From contig CAWKNZ010000002.1 of NCBI GenBank assembly GCA_963851265.1, forward strand, positions 992,001 to 1,056,000: a DNA stretch of 64,000 nt, given 5' to 3'. The notes under the pieces are model-generated. The model saw only the letters and a list, made by a program, of their open reading frames with translations. It did no database searches and was not told where the DNA came from. Below, in pieces: positions 31,906-46,188 of this stretch (position 1 is the first letter of the stretch; every line of letters starts with the position of its first letter). Source of the stretch: an uncultured Gemmatimonadales bacterium. Lineage in GTDB: Bacteria; Gemmatimonadota; Gemmatimonadetes; Gemmatimonadales; Gemmatimonadaceae. The translations under genes and the position numbers were made by a program.

Positions 31906-33294
31906 ATGAAAGATCAGTTGCTCAATCGGATCGCCGGCCGTACGGCCACGGTCGCGGTCGTCGGACTCGGCTACGTGGGGCTCCCGCTCGCGATCGAGTT
32001 CGCGCGCGCCGGATTCCGCGTCGTGGGGTTCGACGTGAGTCCTCGAGTGGTCGACTTGCTCAACGCGGGCGAATCGCACATTCGAGACGTCGCGCGCGAG
32101 ACCGTCGCCGAACAAATCGCCGCCGGACGCTTCGTCGCGACGACTGACGAGGCGCGCCTGAGCGAGTGCGACGCGATCTCGATCGCCGTGCCGACGCCGC
32201 TGTCGAAGACGCGCGACCCCGATATGGCGTACGTGATCTCGGCGGCGGATACGATCCAGCGGCAGGTGCGGCCGGGCACCGTGGTGATCCTCGAGAGCAC
32301 CACGTATCCCGGCACCACGCGCGAACTGCTACAGCCGCGGATGGAGGCGGCCGGGCTCACTGTGGGCGGCGATGTGTTCCTCGCGTTCAGCCCCGAGCGG
32401 GTCGACCCGGGGAATTCGACGTGGCACACCAAGAACACGCCGAAGGTGCTAGGCGGCGTGACGCCGGCGTGCGTCGAGGTCGCGACGGCGCTCTACGAGT
32501 CGTGCATCGACCGCGTCGTGCCCGTCACGTCGCCCGAGGCGGCGGAACTCGTCAAGTTGCTCGAGAACACGTTCCGCGCCGTGAACATCGGACTCGTGAA
32601 CGAAATCGCGATCGTCTGCGACAAGCTCGGCGTTGACGTCTGGGAGGTCATCGAGGCCGCAGCGACGAAACCGTTCGGGTTCATGAAGTTCACGCCCGGA
32701 CCCGGGATCGGTGGGCACTGCATTCCGCTCGACCCGCACTACCTCGCGTGGAAGATGCGCACGCTCAACTACAAGACTCGCTTCATCGACCTCGCGAGTG
32801 ACATCAACTCCTCGATGCCCGACTACGTCGTCGAGAAGGTCGCGCGCGCGCTGAACGACGACCGCAAGGCCGTCAACGGCAGCCGCGTGCTCGTCATCGG
32901 CGTCGCCTACAAGAAGGACATCGACGACATGCGTGAGAGCCCGGCGCTCGACGTAATCCGACTTCTCGAGCAGCGTGGCGCGTCCGTCGTGTACCACGAC
33001 CCCTACGTGCCGCACTACCGTGAGGACGGCGAAGTGCGGGACGGTGTCGCGCTCACGCCCGACGAACTCCGCTCGGCGGACGCCGTGGTGATCGTGACCG
33101 ACCACACGTCCGTCGACTGGTCACTGGTCATGGACCACGCCGGGCTCGTCGTCGACACCCGCAACGCGATCGCGCGGTGGCGTGGCGCGACGCCACGCGA
33201 GGGTGGACGAGCGCGCGTCGTGCCGCTGGCCGCGACCGACGGGAGAGGGCTTCGCTCGAATCCGCGGGATGCCCACAGCCACCAGCCGGCGTGA
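31906..33294 (+). CDS. UDP-GlcNAc 6-dehydrogenase, WbpA/WecC family
   Basis: GLGYVGLP, LESTTYPGTT, FSPERVDPG, KLLENTFR, GIGGHCIP, AYKKDIDDMRESP. Confidence 0.93.
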   Translation: MKDQLLNRIAGRTATVAVVGLGYVGLPLAIEFARAGFRVVGFDVSPRVVDLLNAGESHIRDVARETVAEQIAAGRFVATTDEARLSECDAISIAVPTPLSKTRDPDMAYVISAADTIQRQVRPGTVVILESTTYPGTTRELLQPRMEAAGLTVGGDVFLAFSPERVDPGNSTWHTKNTPKVLGGVTPACVEVATALYESCIDRVVPVTSPEAAELVKLLENTFRAVNIGLVNEIAIVCDKLGVDVWEVIEAAATKPFGFMKFTPGPGIGGHCIPLDPHYLAWKMRTLNYKTRFIDLASDINSSMPDYVVEKVARALNDDRKAVNGSRVLVIGVAYKKDIDDMRESPALDVIRLLEQRGASVVYHDPYVPHYREDGEVRDGVALTPDELRSADAVVIVTDHTSVDWSLVMDHAGLVVDTRNAIARWRGATPREGGRARVVPLAATDGRGLRSNPRDAHSHQPA

Positions 33295-33347
33295 CGCGTC
33301 CGACGAACGCGCGAACCCTGTTCGGGGCGGGCGGGTATAGCTCGGCC

Positions 33348-34430
33348 ATGACGTCGATCTTCGCTTCACACGTCGCCGCGTGTTCGTCCGGCGGCCAGGT
33401 CGCGCGGCCCGCACGGCGGCTTGCGCGTCTCGCGATCGCCGCCGTCGGGCTCGCCGCCGCTTGCGCACCGGGCTTCGAGGCGGCGAAGTACACGAATCCG
33501 GTCGACCTGTACCGCGCGGCCGGGAACCGGATGCAGCGCCACAAGTGGGGTGACGCGCTCGCCGGGTACGACCGGCTCGCTTCGCAGCTTCCGGCGCGCG
33601 ATACGCTGTTGCCGCGCGTCTACTTCGCGCAGGGGCAGGCGCACGCGAAGCAGGGCGAGCACCTGCTCGCCGCGCAGGCCTACGCTCGCATCCAGGACGC
33701 GTTCCCGGACGACTCCCTCGCGCCCGAGGCGCTGTTTCAGGAAGGGCGGGAGTATCAGCGGCTGTGGGACAAGCCGTCGCTCGATCCGCAGTACGGCCAG
33801 ACCGCGCTCGCCACGTTCCGCCAGTTGCTGCAGCTCTACCCCGACGCGCCGCGGGTTCCCGATGCGACGAAGGCCGTTGCCGACGTCAACCAGATGTTCG
33901 CGGCCAAGGACCTCGAAACCGGGATGCATTATCTGCGGCGGAAGGCGTACGACCCGGCACTGATCTACTTCAAGGATGTCGTGCGCCTCTACCCCGGCAC
34001 GCCCGCGGCCCGGACGGCGTATCTGCGAATGGTGCAGTCGTACAAGGCGATCAACTACAAGGAAGAAATCGCCGAGGCGTGCACCGACATGCGGCGGGCG
34101 TACCCGACAGATGTCGACATCACGACGACATGCGCGGGCGCGCCGACGACGACCGCAGCGACAACGGCCGCGACCACCGGCGCGGCCCCGAGCGGAGCTG
34201 CGGCACGCGGTGCGAGCACAGGTGCCGCGGCGGGCTCGGCCTCCGCTCCGTCCTCGCCGACGACCTCATCGCCGACCACGTCGGGTCCAGGCACCGCGGC
34301 GCCGGGTACGGCGGCACCAGCCGCGCGTCCGAGTGCGGGAACTCCCGCATCAGCACCCGTGCCGACACGGCCGCCGGGTGCCCCGCACTCGGCGGAGTCG
34401 CCCACGAGCGCGGGTGCGAGCAGCCCGTGA
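33348..34430 (+). CDS. bamD: Outer-membrane protein assembly lipoprotein BamD with a low-complexity tail
   Basis: Lipobox LAAAC, TPR-like repeats with FP/YP turns, DPQYGQTAL...YP pattern; Ala/Thr/Ser/Pro-rich C-terminus. Confidence 0.8.
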   Translation: MTSIFASHVAACSSGGQVARPARRLARLAIAAVGLAAACAPGFEAAKYTNPVDLYRAAGNRMQRHKWGDALAGYDRLASQLPARDTLLPRVYFAQGQAHAKQGEHLLAAQAYARIQDAFPDDSLAPEALFQEGREYQRLWDKPSLDPQYGQTALATFRQLLQLYPDAPRVPDATKAVADVNQMFAAKDLETGMHYLRRKAYDPALIYFKDVVRLYPGTPAARTAYLRMVQSYKAINYKEEIAEACTDMRRAYPTDVDITTTCAGAPTTTAATTAATTGAAPSGAAARGASTGAAAGSASAPSSPTTSSPTTSGPGTAAPGTAAPAARPSAGTPASAPVPTRPPGAPHSAESPTSAGASSP

Positions 34431-35043
34431 CACGGCGGGCCCGGCAGGGCCGGCACGCGTCGGGATCTTCGGCGGTAGTTTCGACCCTCCGCACGTTGGA
34501 CACCTGCTCGCGGCGTCGGACGCATCCGACGCTCTCGGGCTCGACCGCCTGCTCTTCGTTCCGGCCGCGGCTCAGCCGCTGAAGCACGGGACGCGGGGTG
34601 CCGCCCCTGCCGCCACCCGCGTGGCGATGGTCGAAGCGCTCGTCGGCGACGATCCGCGCTTCGCGGTCGACGCGCTCGAAATCGCCCGCGGCGGATTATC
34701 ATATACCGTCGATACGCTGGAAACCCTTGCCGCGCGCTGGCCCGGTGCGCAGCGGATGCTCCTCGTCGGCGCCGACGTGCTCGACACGTTCGTGCGGTGG
34801 CGCGATCCGCTGCGAATTCGTGCGCTTGCCACCCTCGTCGTGCTCGTGCGCGCCGTGGACGGGGCGGTTCCCGGCGCCGTGCCGTCGGATTTCCCCGGTG
34901 GGTTGCCTCAGCTGTTGCCCACGCGTCGCATCGATCTGTCGTCGACCGAGGTGCGGGAACGCGTAGCCGCCGGGCGACCGATCCGCGGATTCGTCCCCGA
35001 CGCGGTCGCGACGATCATTCGCGACGCCAGATTGTATCAGTAG
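34414..35043 (+). CDS. nadD: Nicotinate-nucleotide adenylyltransferase
   Basis: GIFGGSFDPPHVGH, SYTVDTL, GAD, LSSTEVR. Start GTG 34414 is uncertain. Confidence 0.93.
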   Translation: MRAARDTAGPAGPARVGIFGGSFDPPHVGHLLAASDASDALGLDRLLFVPAAAQPLKHGTRGAAPAATRVAMVEALVGDDPRFAVDALEIARGGLSYTVDTLETLAARWPGAQRMLLVGADVLDTFVRWRDPLRIRALATLVVLVRAVDGAVPGAVPSDFPGGLPQLLPTRRIDLSSTEVRERVAAGRPIRGFVPDAVATIIRDARLYQ

Positions 35044-35089
35044 GACCGTCCGCCCGCGCTGCGTCCGCAGCGTTCCGTCAGGAGACCCG

Positions 35090-38377
<3,288 letters not shown>

Positions 38378-38405
38378 CCCGCGCGGCGCGCAGCGCAAAT
38401 CGGCG

Positions 38406-38455
38406 ACGACGCGAACGGCCCGGCGCTCACGTGAGCGCCGGGCCGTTCGCGTCGT
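38406..38455. terminator. Perfect 50-bp spacerless palindrome after secA
   Basis: acgacgcgaacggcccggcgctcac|gtgagcgccgggccgttcgcgtcgt, followed by TT. Confidence 0.7.
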
Positions 38456-38614
38456 TTGCGGCCATGGTCGGTAGCGGCCCACGCCGGTGCGAGCCCCGCG
38501 GCATAATGGACCAGTTCGCACGATTCTGCGGCCGTGCGCGCCTCATTGCGCGAGTAACGTCGTGTGCCGGCGGAGCCCGTCCGTGCCGGCGCGTTCTCGC
38601 TTGAATGCCCGCTC

Positions 38615-39331
38615 ATGCCTTCGTTTCTCCCGACCGACCACGCGCCGACCGCCGCCCGGATCCGCGAGATGCCGCGCACCGAACGTCCTCGGGAGCGGTT
38701 GCGCGCGCATGGCCCGCACGCGCTCAGCGCCGCGGAGTTGCTGGCGGTCGTGGTCGGATCCGGCACCGGGACCGGGTCCGCGCTCGACGTGGCGCGGACG
38801 GTGCTGGGCCGATACGACGGGTCTCTCCGCCGCCTGGCCGGCCAGCCGATCGCCGCACTGACCGCGGTGCGTGGCGTCGGTCCGGCGCGGGCGGTCGCGA
38901 TACACGCGGCGCTCGAACTCGGGCGGCGACTCGCCGCGGAGAGTCGCGACGAGGGTGCGCCGATCCGAACGCCGCGTGACGTGTATGAGATGTACGCGCC
39001 GCGGCTGCAGGACTTGGCGGTGGAGGAGTTCCACGTCGCGGTGCTCGATGCGCAGCACCGGCTCGAGCGCGACGTGCTGGTCACGCGGGGGATCCTGAAC
39101 TCGTCACTCGTGCACCCGCGCGAGGTGTTCCGCGAAGCGATCGCCGAGCGTGCGGCGGCGCTGGTCCTGGTGCACAATCACCCGAGTGGCGACCCGACGC
39201 CGAGCGTCGAGGACCGGATGGTCACCGAACAACTCGTCGCGGCCGGGCGCTTGCTCGACATCCCGGTCCATGACCACGTCATCGTCGGCCGCGGACGGTA
39301 CGCGAGCTTCGCGGAAGCCGGCCTGTTGTAG
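38615..39331 (+). CDS. radC: RadC family JAB/MPN protein
   Basis: RPRERL, ELLA, HhH GVGPA, VHPREVF, HNHPSGDPTPS..D, DHVIVG. Confidence 0.95.
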   Translation: MPSFLPTDHAPTAARIREMPRTERPRERLRAHGPHALSAAELLAVVVGSGTGTGSALDVARTVLGRYDGSLRRLAGQPIAALTAVRGVGPARAVAIHAALELGRRLAAESRDEGAPIRTPRDVYEMYAPRLQDLAVEEFHVAVLDAQHRLERDVLVTRGILNSSLVHPREVFREAIAERAAALVLVHNHPSGDPTPSVEDRMVTEQLVAAGRLLDIPVHDHVIVGRGRYASFAEAGLL

Positions 39332-39493
39332 CGACGCGTCTCGCGGACCATCTCGCGCCGTCTCTAGCGAGTTTCGTGGCCGCACGTCGACCGATGCGCC
39401 GCCGCGCGCGCGCGGAGTTCGTATTTTCCAGAGGCGGCGGCCCGCGGCGGGCGCCCGAGCGGCGCGCCTACACAGGCGGCAGGAGGTTAGCGC

Positions 39494-41728
39494 GTGGGCA
39501 CGACGGCGGACCCGACGGTGAGCACGACCGTGAGCACGAGCGTGAGTACGAGCGCGCTGAGCGACGTCATCCCCGGGTGGGATGGCGTGCCCGAGTCCGC
39601 GCGCGAGCGCCTCGACCCGGCGCTCCTCACGCGCGCGTACCGCTTCAGTGAGCGGGCGCACGAGGGGCAGACACGGTCGTCGGGCGAACCGTACGTGACG
39701 CACTGCGTCGAGGTCGCGAAGATCCTCGCCGACCTGCAACTCGACACGGTGACCGTAGCCGCCGGGCTGATGCACGACGTGGTCGAGGACACGCCCACCA
39801 CGGTGGCCGACATCGAGCGTGAGTTCGGCGGCGAGATCGCGCAGATCGTCGACGGGCTGACCAAGATCGGCAACCTGCCGATGCACTCGAAGGAGGAGCG
39901 GCAGGTCGAGAACTACCGCAAGCTGCTGCTCTCGGTCGCGAAGGACGCGCGCGTGATCCTCATCAAGCTCGCGGACCGGCTGCACAACATGCGCACGCTG
40001 GACTATCTGCCTCCGGAGAAGCGCCGCCGCATCGCCCAGGAGACGCGCGACCTGTACGCGCCCCTCGCGCACCGCTTCGGGATGGCGCGCCTCCGGTGGG
40101 AGCTGGAGGACCTCGCGTTCAAGCACCTCGAGCCCGACGACTACAAGGCGCTCGCCCGCCTCGTCGCGACCAAGCGCGGCGAGCGCGAGTCGCTGATCTC
40201 GCAGCTCCGCGAGCCGCTCGAACGGCAGCTGCGTGCGGCGGGGATCGACGTCGTGGAGGTCTCGGGCCGGCCGAAGCACCTCTGGTCCATCCACAAGAAG
40301 ATGGCCAAGCGCGACAAGTCGTACGAAGACATCTACGACCTGCTGGCCATCCGCGTGCTCGTCACGTCGGTGCCCGAGTGCTACCACGCGTTAGGCGTCA
40401 TCCACGAGTGGTGGACGCCGCTGCAGGAGCGCATCAAGGACTACATCGCGCAACCCAAGTCGAACGGCTACCAGTCGCTGCACACGACCGTGTTCGGGCC
40501 GGGGCGGCAGCTCTTCGAGATCCAGATCCGCACGCGCGAAATGCACCGCACGGCCGACTACGGCATCGCGGCGCACTGGCTGTACAAGGAATCCGGCAAG
40601 GAGCAGGGCGCGCAGGACGAGCTGGACCGCCAGCTCGCGTGGTTCCGCCAGGTGCTGGAGCTGCAGCTCGACGCGGAGGACCCGAAGGAGTTCCTCGAGT
40701 TCCTGAAGCTCGACCTGTACCAGGACGAGATCTTCGTGTTCACCCCCACGGGCGACGTCATCCAGCTCCCGAAGGGCGCGACGCCGATCGACTTCGCGTT
40801 CGCGGTGCACACCGAGGTCGGCCTGCACTGCGCGGGCGCGAAGGTGAACGGGCGGATCACGCCGCTCGCGCGACATCTGAAAAACTCGGAGACGGTCGAG
40901 ATCCTCACGGCGCCCGTGGCCAAGCCGAGCCGCGACTGGCTGGCCCACGTGCGGACGAGTCGCGCGCGCCACAAGATTCGCGGGTGGCTCAAGCAGGAGG
41001 AGCAGAAGACGGCCGCGACGGTCGGCCGCGAGATTCTGGACCGGGAGCTGCGCAAGCGGAAGCTCCCGAAGCCGGACGACGCGCAGTTGGCGGCGGCGGC
41101 GAAACAGTTCAAGCTCACCGACCCGGCGCACCTGATCGCGTCGATCGGACAGGGTGACGTTCCGGTCCTGCAGGTGTTGCGCGCCCTGCATCCGAGTCTC
41201 GAGCAGGCGCCCGATCCGAAGCCGGCGGGCGCGCTGGACCGCCTCGTGGACCGCGTGCGCGGCACCGGCAAGGGCGTCCGCATCCACGGCGCCGACGGCT
41301 TGATGGTTCGGTACGCGCAGTGCTGCCAACCGGTGCCCGGCGACCCCGTCGTCGGCTACGTAACGAAAGGGCGCGGCGTCAGCATCCACCGCTCGGATTG
41401 CGCCAACCTGCTGACCCTCGTGCAGGACCCGGAGCGCCGCCTCGACATCGACTGGCAGCAGATGGCGGGGGAGCGCTTCACGGTGCGCCTGACGATGGAA
41501 GGCTTCGACCGTCGCGGCCTCTACGCCGACGTCGCGTCCGCGGTCACCGCGACGGGCACCGACATCCGGCACATGGAGTTACACACGACGGACGGACGCG
41601 CGACGGGCTCGGTCGTCGTCGAAGTCGAGAACCTGGACCATCTGCAGAAGATCATGCGTGCCGCGCGCCGAGTGAAAGGAATCAACGAGGTCTCGCGCCG
41701 CGAGCGCGTGGACGTGGTGGATGAATAG
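39494..41728 (+). CDS. Bifunctional (p)ppGpp synthetase/hydrolase (long RSH)
   Basis: HD domain MHDVVED and IKLADRLHNMRT, synthetase RIKDY and YQSLHT, TGS and ACT domains; AGGAGG 7 nt before the GTG. Confidence 0.96.
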   Translation: MGTTADPTVSTTVSTSVSTSALSDVIPGWDGVPESARERLDPALLTRAYRFSERAHEGQTRSSGEPYVTHCVEVAKILADLQLDTVTVAAGLMHDVVEDTPTTVADIEREFGGEIAQIVDGLTKIGNLPMHSKEERQVENYRKLLLSVAKDARVILIKLADRLHNMRTLDYLPPEKRRRIAQETRDLYAPLAHRFGMARLRWELEDLAFKHLEPDDYKALARLVATKRGERESLISQLREPLERQLRAAGIDVVEVSGRPKHLWSIHKKMAKRDKSYEDIYDLLAIRVLVTSVPECYHALGVIHEWWTPLQERIKDYIAQPKSNGYQSLHTTVFGPGRQLFEIQIRTREMHRTADYGIAAHWLYKESGKEQGAQDELDRQLAWFRQVLELQLDAEDPKEFLEFLKLDLYQDEIFVFTPTGDVIQLPKGATPIDFAFAVHTEVGLHCAGAKVNGRITPLARHLKNSETVEILTAPVAKPSRDWLAHVRTSRARHKIRGWLKQEEQKTAATVGREILDRELRKRKLPKPDDAQLAAAAKQFKLTDPAHLIASIGQGDVPVLQVLRALHPSLEQAPDPKPAGALDRLVDRVRGTGKGVRIHGADGLMVRYAQCCQPVPGDPVVGYVTKGRGVSIHRSDCANLLTLVQDPERRLDIDWQQMAGERFTVRLTMEGFDRRGLYADVASAVTATGTDIRHMELHTTDGRATGSVVVEVENLDHLQKIMRAARRVKGINEVSRRERVDVVDE

Positions 41729-42023
41729 CGCCGGGCAGGTCGGCGGCGCGGATGGGGGCGCGTCCAACCGACATCGGCCCGTGGACGTCGCGGACGCGAG
41801 GCTCTCGAGCGCGAGCCGCTCCGACGTGCGCGCGCACGGGCGCGGGGCGCTGATCGCACTCGGCGTCGCCGCGGTCGGCACGGTCGCGTTCGTCGTCGGG
41901 CTGCGCGTCGCGCTGCAGCACCTGCCGCCGGAGCGGCGCGCGGCGGCCGTGGACACGGTCCGCCAGCGACGGTTCGCCCCGCCCGCGCCCAACCAGCCCG
42001 ACGAGTATCCTCGCCTCCGCTGA
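41721..42023 (+). CDS. Hypothetical single-pass membrane protein
   Basis: One hydrophobic helix; start overlaps the rel stop codon. Confidence 0.5.
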   Translation: MNSAGQVGGADGGASNRHRPVDVADARLSSASRSDVRAHGRGALIALGVAAVGTVAFVVGLRVALQHLPPERRAAAVDTVRQRRFAPPAPNQPDEYPRLR

Positions 42024-42093
42024 GACGCGGCGGAGGACGCAGCGGCGTGCCGGAGCGCCCGAATACAGACCGGCAAGGCGTTAGATTGTGAGC

Positions 42094-44322
42094 ATGACCG
42101 AGCGCGCCCATTTCGACCTGCAAGCCCCGTTCGCGCCGGCCGGCGACCAGCCGCGCGCCATCGAGGAACTCACCGCCGGCCTGCGCCGCGGCGATCGCTT
42201 CCAGACCCTCCTCGGCGTCACGGGCTCGGGCAAGACGATGACGGTCGCCAACGTCATCGCGCGGCACGGCAAGCCCGCCCTCGTGCTGTCGCACAACAAG
42301 ACGCTTGCGGCACAGCTGTACGGGGAGCTGAAGAGCTTCTTCCCGCACAACGCGGTCGAGTACTTCATCTCGTACTACGACTATTACCAGCCCGAGGCGT
42401 ACGTTCCGTCGAGCGACACCTACATCGAAAAGGACGCGTCGATCAACGAGGACATCGACCGGCTGCGGCTGCGCGCGACCTCGTCGCTCATGGAGCGCTC
42501 CGACGTGATCATCGTGTCGACGGTGAGCGCGATCTACGGCCTGGGCGATCCGGTCGAGTACCGCAAGCGGATGGTGCAGCTCGAGCGCGGGCAGCGGGTT
42601 TCGCGCGACGACGTGCTCCGGCAACTCGTCGGCATTCAGTACCAGCGCAACGACGTCGCGTTCGAGCGCGGCACGTTCCGGGTGCGCGGCGACACGGTCG
42701 AAATCCTCCCCGCGTACGAGGAGCAGGGCGTACGCGTCGAGCTGTGGGGCGACGAGGTCGAGCGCCTGTCGAAGATCAACCCGCTCACCGGCGAGACGAT
42801 CGCCACGCTCGAGCGCGCGGCGATCTACCCGGCCAAGCACTTCATCACGAGCCGTCCGTCGCTCGAACGCGCCGTGGGCGCCATCCGCGAGGAGCTCGCC
42901 GAGCGACTCGCGGTGTTGCGGTCGGAGCAGAAGCTGCTCGAAGCGCAGCGGCTCGAGAGCCGCACGAATTTCGACATCGAGATGATGCTCGAGATCGGGA
43001 CGTGCGCCGGCATCGAGAACTACTCGCGACAGCTGGCGGGACGCACCGTCGGCGAGCGCCCGGCCTGCCTGTTCGACTACTTTCCGGACGACTTCCTCGT
43101 CGTCGTCGACGAGAGCCACGTCACGCTGCCGCAGATCCGCGGCATGTACAACGGCGACCGCGCGCGGAAGCTCACGCTCGTCGATTACGGATTCCGGCTC
43201 CCGAGCGCGCTCGACAACCGCCCGCTCGTGTTCGACGAGTTCCTCGCGCTCACGCCGGAGATGATCGCGGTGAGCGCGACGCCGGGCGAGCTCGAGTTGC
43301 AGCTGTCGGAGGGGGCCGTCGTCGAGCAGGTGATCCGCCCGACGGGGCTCGTCGACCCGGAGATCGAAGTGCGGCCGGTCCGCGGGCAGGTGGACGATCT
43401 CCTGCAGGAAATCCGGATCCGCGAGCGGAAGGGGGAGCGCGTGCTCGTCACTACGCTCACCAAGCGCATGTCGGAGGACCTCACCGACTACCTGCAGCAG
43501 GTCGGCGTGCGCGTGAAGTACATGCACTCGGACATCGAGGCGATCGAGCGCGTCGAAATCGTGCGCGGGCTGCGCCTGGGCGAGTTCGACGTGCTCGTCG
43601 GGATCAACCTGCTCCGCGAAGGGCTCGACATGCCCGAGGTCTCGCTCGTCGCAATCCTCGATGCGGATCAGGAGGGGTTCCTGCGGTCGGACCGTTCGTT
43701 GATCCAGACCGTCGGACGCGCCGCCCGCAACGTGAACGGCCGCGCGATCTTCTACGCGGACCGCATCACCGGATCGATGCAGCGCTGCATGGAGGAGACC
43801 GCGCGGCGCCGCGAGATCCAAACGCAGCACAACCTCGACCATGGCGTCACTCCCCGCGGCGTCGAGAAGAGCGTCGAGCACGTACGGTTCGTCACGCGCG
43901 TGGCGGACGCGCGCGAGGAGCGGGACGAGGCGGCCGATTCGGGCAAGAAGGGGCGCGGAAGGGACCGCAAGCCGGCGAAGGTGTCCGAGGCGAACGCGCC
44001 GGCGTACGGCGTCGCGGCGCCGTACGACACGTCGGACCCGGTCGCGCTGGTCGCGCGGCTCGAGGGCGAGATGCGCGAGGCGGCGAAGGCGCTCGACTTC
44101 GAGCAGGCCGCCCGCGTGCGCGATCAGCTGTTCGAGGTGCGCACGCGTTTCGGCGCGCAGCTCGCCGCCCCGGGCAACGCGACCGCGCCGGGCGCGCCGA
44201 CCGGAGCTACGGGCGGCGCGTCCGGCGCCCCCGCCGGCGGCGACGCGGGGAAGGGCGCGGCGCGCCGAGGCGGCAAGAAGGCGGCCGCGAGCGGGCTCGC
44301 GCGGTTGCGCGCCGAGCGCTGA
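42094..44322 (+). CDS. uvrB: Excinuclease ABC subunit B
   Basis: [38 protein letters not shown]-terminal UVR domain. Confidence 0.98.
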   Translation: MTERAHFDLQAPFAPAGDQPRAIEELTAGLRRGDRFQTLLGVTGSGKTMTVANVIARHGKPALVLSHNKTLAAQLYGELKSFFPHNAVEYFISYYDYYQPEAYVPSSDTYIEKDASINEDIDRLRLRATSSLMERSDVIIVSTVSAIYGLGDPVEYRKRMVQLERGQRVSRDDVLRQLVGIQYQRNDVAFERGTFRVRGDTVEILPAYEEQGVRVELWGDEVERLSKINPLTGETIATLERAAIYPAKHFITSRPSLERAVGAIREELAERLAVLRSEQKLLEAQRLESRTNFDIEMMLEIGTCAGIENYSRQLAGRTVGERPACLFDYFPDDFLVVVDESHVTLPQIRGMYNGDRARKLTLVDYGFRLPSALDNRPLVFDEFLALTPEMIAVSATPGELELQLSEGAVVEQVIRPTGLVDPEIEVRPVRGQVDDLLQEIRIRERKGERVLVTTLTKRMSEDLTDYLQQVGVRVKYMHSDIEAIERVEIVRGLRLGEFDVLVGINLLREGLDMPEVSLVAILDADQEGFLRSDRSLIQTVGRAARNVNGRAIFYADRITGSMQRCMEETARRREIQTQHNLDHGVTPRGVEKSVEHVRFVTRVADAREERDEAADSGKKGRGRDRKPAKVSEANAPAYGVAAPYDTSDPVALVARLEGEMREAAKALDFEQAARVRDQLFEVRTRFGAQLAAPGNATAPGAPTGATGGASGAPAGGDAGKGAARRGGKKAAASGLARLRAER

Positions 44323-44335
44323 TCGAGCGCCCGCG

Positions 44336-44776
44336 GTGCGCGTCCCACCGGCCGCCGCGCGCTCGCGCATCGCGCTCACTCGCGACGAACTCGTCGCGTG
44401 GGGCGAGGCGTTCGGGCGGTCGGCGCAGGCCCCGCTCGTCGTCGCGTTAGGCGGCGACCTCGGCGCGGGGAAGACCACTCTCGTGCAGGCGATCTGCCGC
44501 GGGTACGGCGTCGCCCAGGCGGTGACGAGTCCGACGTACGCCCTCGTCCACGAGTACGACGCGCCGCGCGGTCGCGTGTGGCACGCGGACCTGTACCGTC
44601 TCCGCGGCCCCGAGGACCTCGACGCGTTGGGATGGGACGAACTCGTCGCCTCGGACAGGGTCGGGCTCGTGGAGTGGCCGGCGCGCGCGGGCGAGCGGCT
44701 TCCTTCGGGCACGGTGCCAATCGACCTGGAGCACATCCCGGGCGACCCGAGTCGACGCGTCCTCCTCGCGGGATGA
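44336..44776 (+). CDS. tsaE: tRNA threonylcarbamoyladenosine biosynthesis ATPase
   Basis: GDLGAGKTT, VTSPTY, HADLYRL, VEW. Start GTG 44336 is inferred. Confidence 0.92.
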   Translation: MRVPPAAARSRIALTRDELVAWGEAFGRSAQAPLVVALGGDLGAGKTTLVQAICRGYGVAQAVTSPTYALVHEYDAPRGRVWHADLYRLRGPEDLDALGWDELVASDRVGLVEWPARAGERLPSGTVPIDLEHIPGDPSRRVLLAG

Positions 44777-45552
44777 TCGCGGTGCCGACGCGGGCCGGCC
44801 GACTCCTGCTCGCGCTCGACGCGGCGCCCGGGGTGGGGTCCGTCGCGCTCGTCACGATGCTCGACGGGGGCGAGCCGGCGACGGTCGTCAGCGCCCGCGC
44901 CGTCGCGATGCGAGCGCCGCCGAAGCACGCCGGGCACGCGGCCCCGCCACCCGACGACGATCCGCTCATGCTCGCGCTCGTCGCGCTGCTCGAGGAGGCG
45001 GGCGTAGCCGTTCGATCGCTCGCCGGCGTGGCGTGCGGCGCGGGCCCGGGCGGATTCACGAGCCTGCGCATCGCCGCGGCGCTCGCGAAAGGAATCGCGC
45101 ACGGTGCGGGTTGCCCGCTGCTCAGCGCACCGTCGCTCGCGTGGGCCGCCGCGGTGCGCGCGCCGGCGCCTGGCCGTTGGCTCGTGACGCTCGACGCACT
45201 CCGCGGTGAGCACTACGTCGCGGCCGTGACGCTCGTCGGTGCAGGCGAGCGCACACGCCGCGTGACGTCGTACGAGTACCTCGGCGTGCACACCGGCGAG
45301 GCGCTGAGAGCTGTAGGTTCGCTACACGGCGCCGCCGAGGTACTCGAAATCGGTCCGGGCTCGAGCGCAGCGCCGATCGCGGCGGGCGCGGTCGCGCTCG
45401 CGCCGACGCCGGTCGACCTCGCGCGCTGGGAGCCCGTGTACGGTCGACTCGCGGAGGCGCAGGTGCGTTGGGAGGAGACACACGGCCCGTTACCGGCCGA
45501 TCCGCCTCCCACGGACGCGTCCTCCGTGCGGCCCGTGGTCGAGTCGCGGTGA
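44773..45552 (+). CDS. tsaB: tRNA threonylcarbamoyladenosine biosynthesis protein TsaB
   Basis: LLALD, GPGGFTSLRI, LDALRGEHY, EPVY; lies between tsaE and rimI. Confidence 0.88.
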   Translation: MIAVPTRAGRLLLALDAAPGVGSVALVTMLDGGEPATVVSARAVAMRAPPKHAGHAAPPPDDDPLMLALVALLEEAGVAVRSLAGVACGAGPGGFTSLRIAAALAKGIAHGAGCPLLSAPSLAWAAAVRAPAPGRWLVTLDALRGEHYVAAVTLVGAGERTRRVTSYEYLGVHTGEALRAVGSLHGAAEVLEIGPGSSAAPIAAGAVALAPTPVDLARWEPVYGRLAEAQVRWEETHGPLPADPPPTDASSVRPVVESR

Positions 45553-46064
45553 CGTCGATGCCGGTCGAACTCCGCGCGGCCCGCCACGCCGACGTCGACG
45601 CGGTTGCAGCGATCGAGCGAATCGCCTTCTCGGATCCGTGGAGCCGGAACGCGTTCGCGACGCTCGTCGCGAATCCGGCCGTCCTGTTCCTCGTCGCGCG
45701 GTCGGCCGATGGAGCCTTCGAATCGGTCGTGGGCTACATCGTCGCGTGGTTCGCCGCGGACGAATCGGAGATCGCCAACGTTGCCGTGACGCCAACGGCT
45801 CGCGGCCGCGGGGTCGGCGCGATGCTCCTCGACGCCGCTCTCGACGAGGCGGTGCGTCGCGGTGCAGCGATGACGTACCTCGAGGTTCGCGAGTCGAACA
45901 CGGCCGCGCAACGGCTTTACACCTCGCGGGGATTCACCACGCTCGGACGCCGGCGCAACTACTATCACGATCCGCTCGAAGACGCGCTCGTCCTCGGCCG
46001 CCCGACCGCCGGTGCGCTGCCGCGCGCGACCGGCGGCGGCGTCGAATCAGCCCACCGCGCGTAG
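45549..46064 (+). CDS. rimI: Ribosomal-protein alanine N-acetyltransferase
   Basis: FSDPWS, IANVAV, RGRGVG, LEVRESN, RRNYY..EDA. Confidence 0.92.
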   Translation: MTSMPVELRAARHADVDAVAAIERIAFSDPWSRNAFATLVANPAVLFLVARSADGAFESVVGYIVAWFAADESEIANVAVTPTARGRGVGAMLLDAALDEAVRRGAAMTYLEVRESNTAAQRLYTSRGFTTLGRRRNYYHDPLEDALVLGRPTAGALPRATGGGVESAHRA

Positions 46065-46188
46065 ATTCGATACGGGCGGAACAACCGACCCGTGCTAGGC
46101 TGCCCGGCGTGGCCGTACCATCACGGCCGCGGCATTCCGGGTCGCCGCACGACAACCTGGACTGGACCCTTTCGGACGGAGGATGATC

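Noticed and set aside
34414..34460. Possible frameshift at the bamD-nadD junction (GTGA at 34427 is out of frame with nadD)
   Set aside because: An in-frame GTG at 34414 gives an intact NadD, so no frameshift is needed.
38615..39331. radC as a marker of a mobile or anti-restriction element
   Set aside because: Full-length form with the N-terminal HhH region, located between secA and rel with no mobile genes around.
41521..45291. 1256-aa minus-strand ORF and other long antisense ORFs (e.g. 1243..2745, 26905..28872, 58405..60546)
   Set aside because: Antisense shadows of well-supported genes, expected in high-GC DNA; no recognisable motifs.
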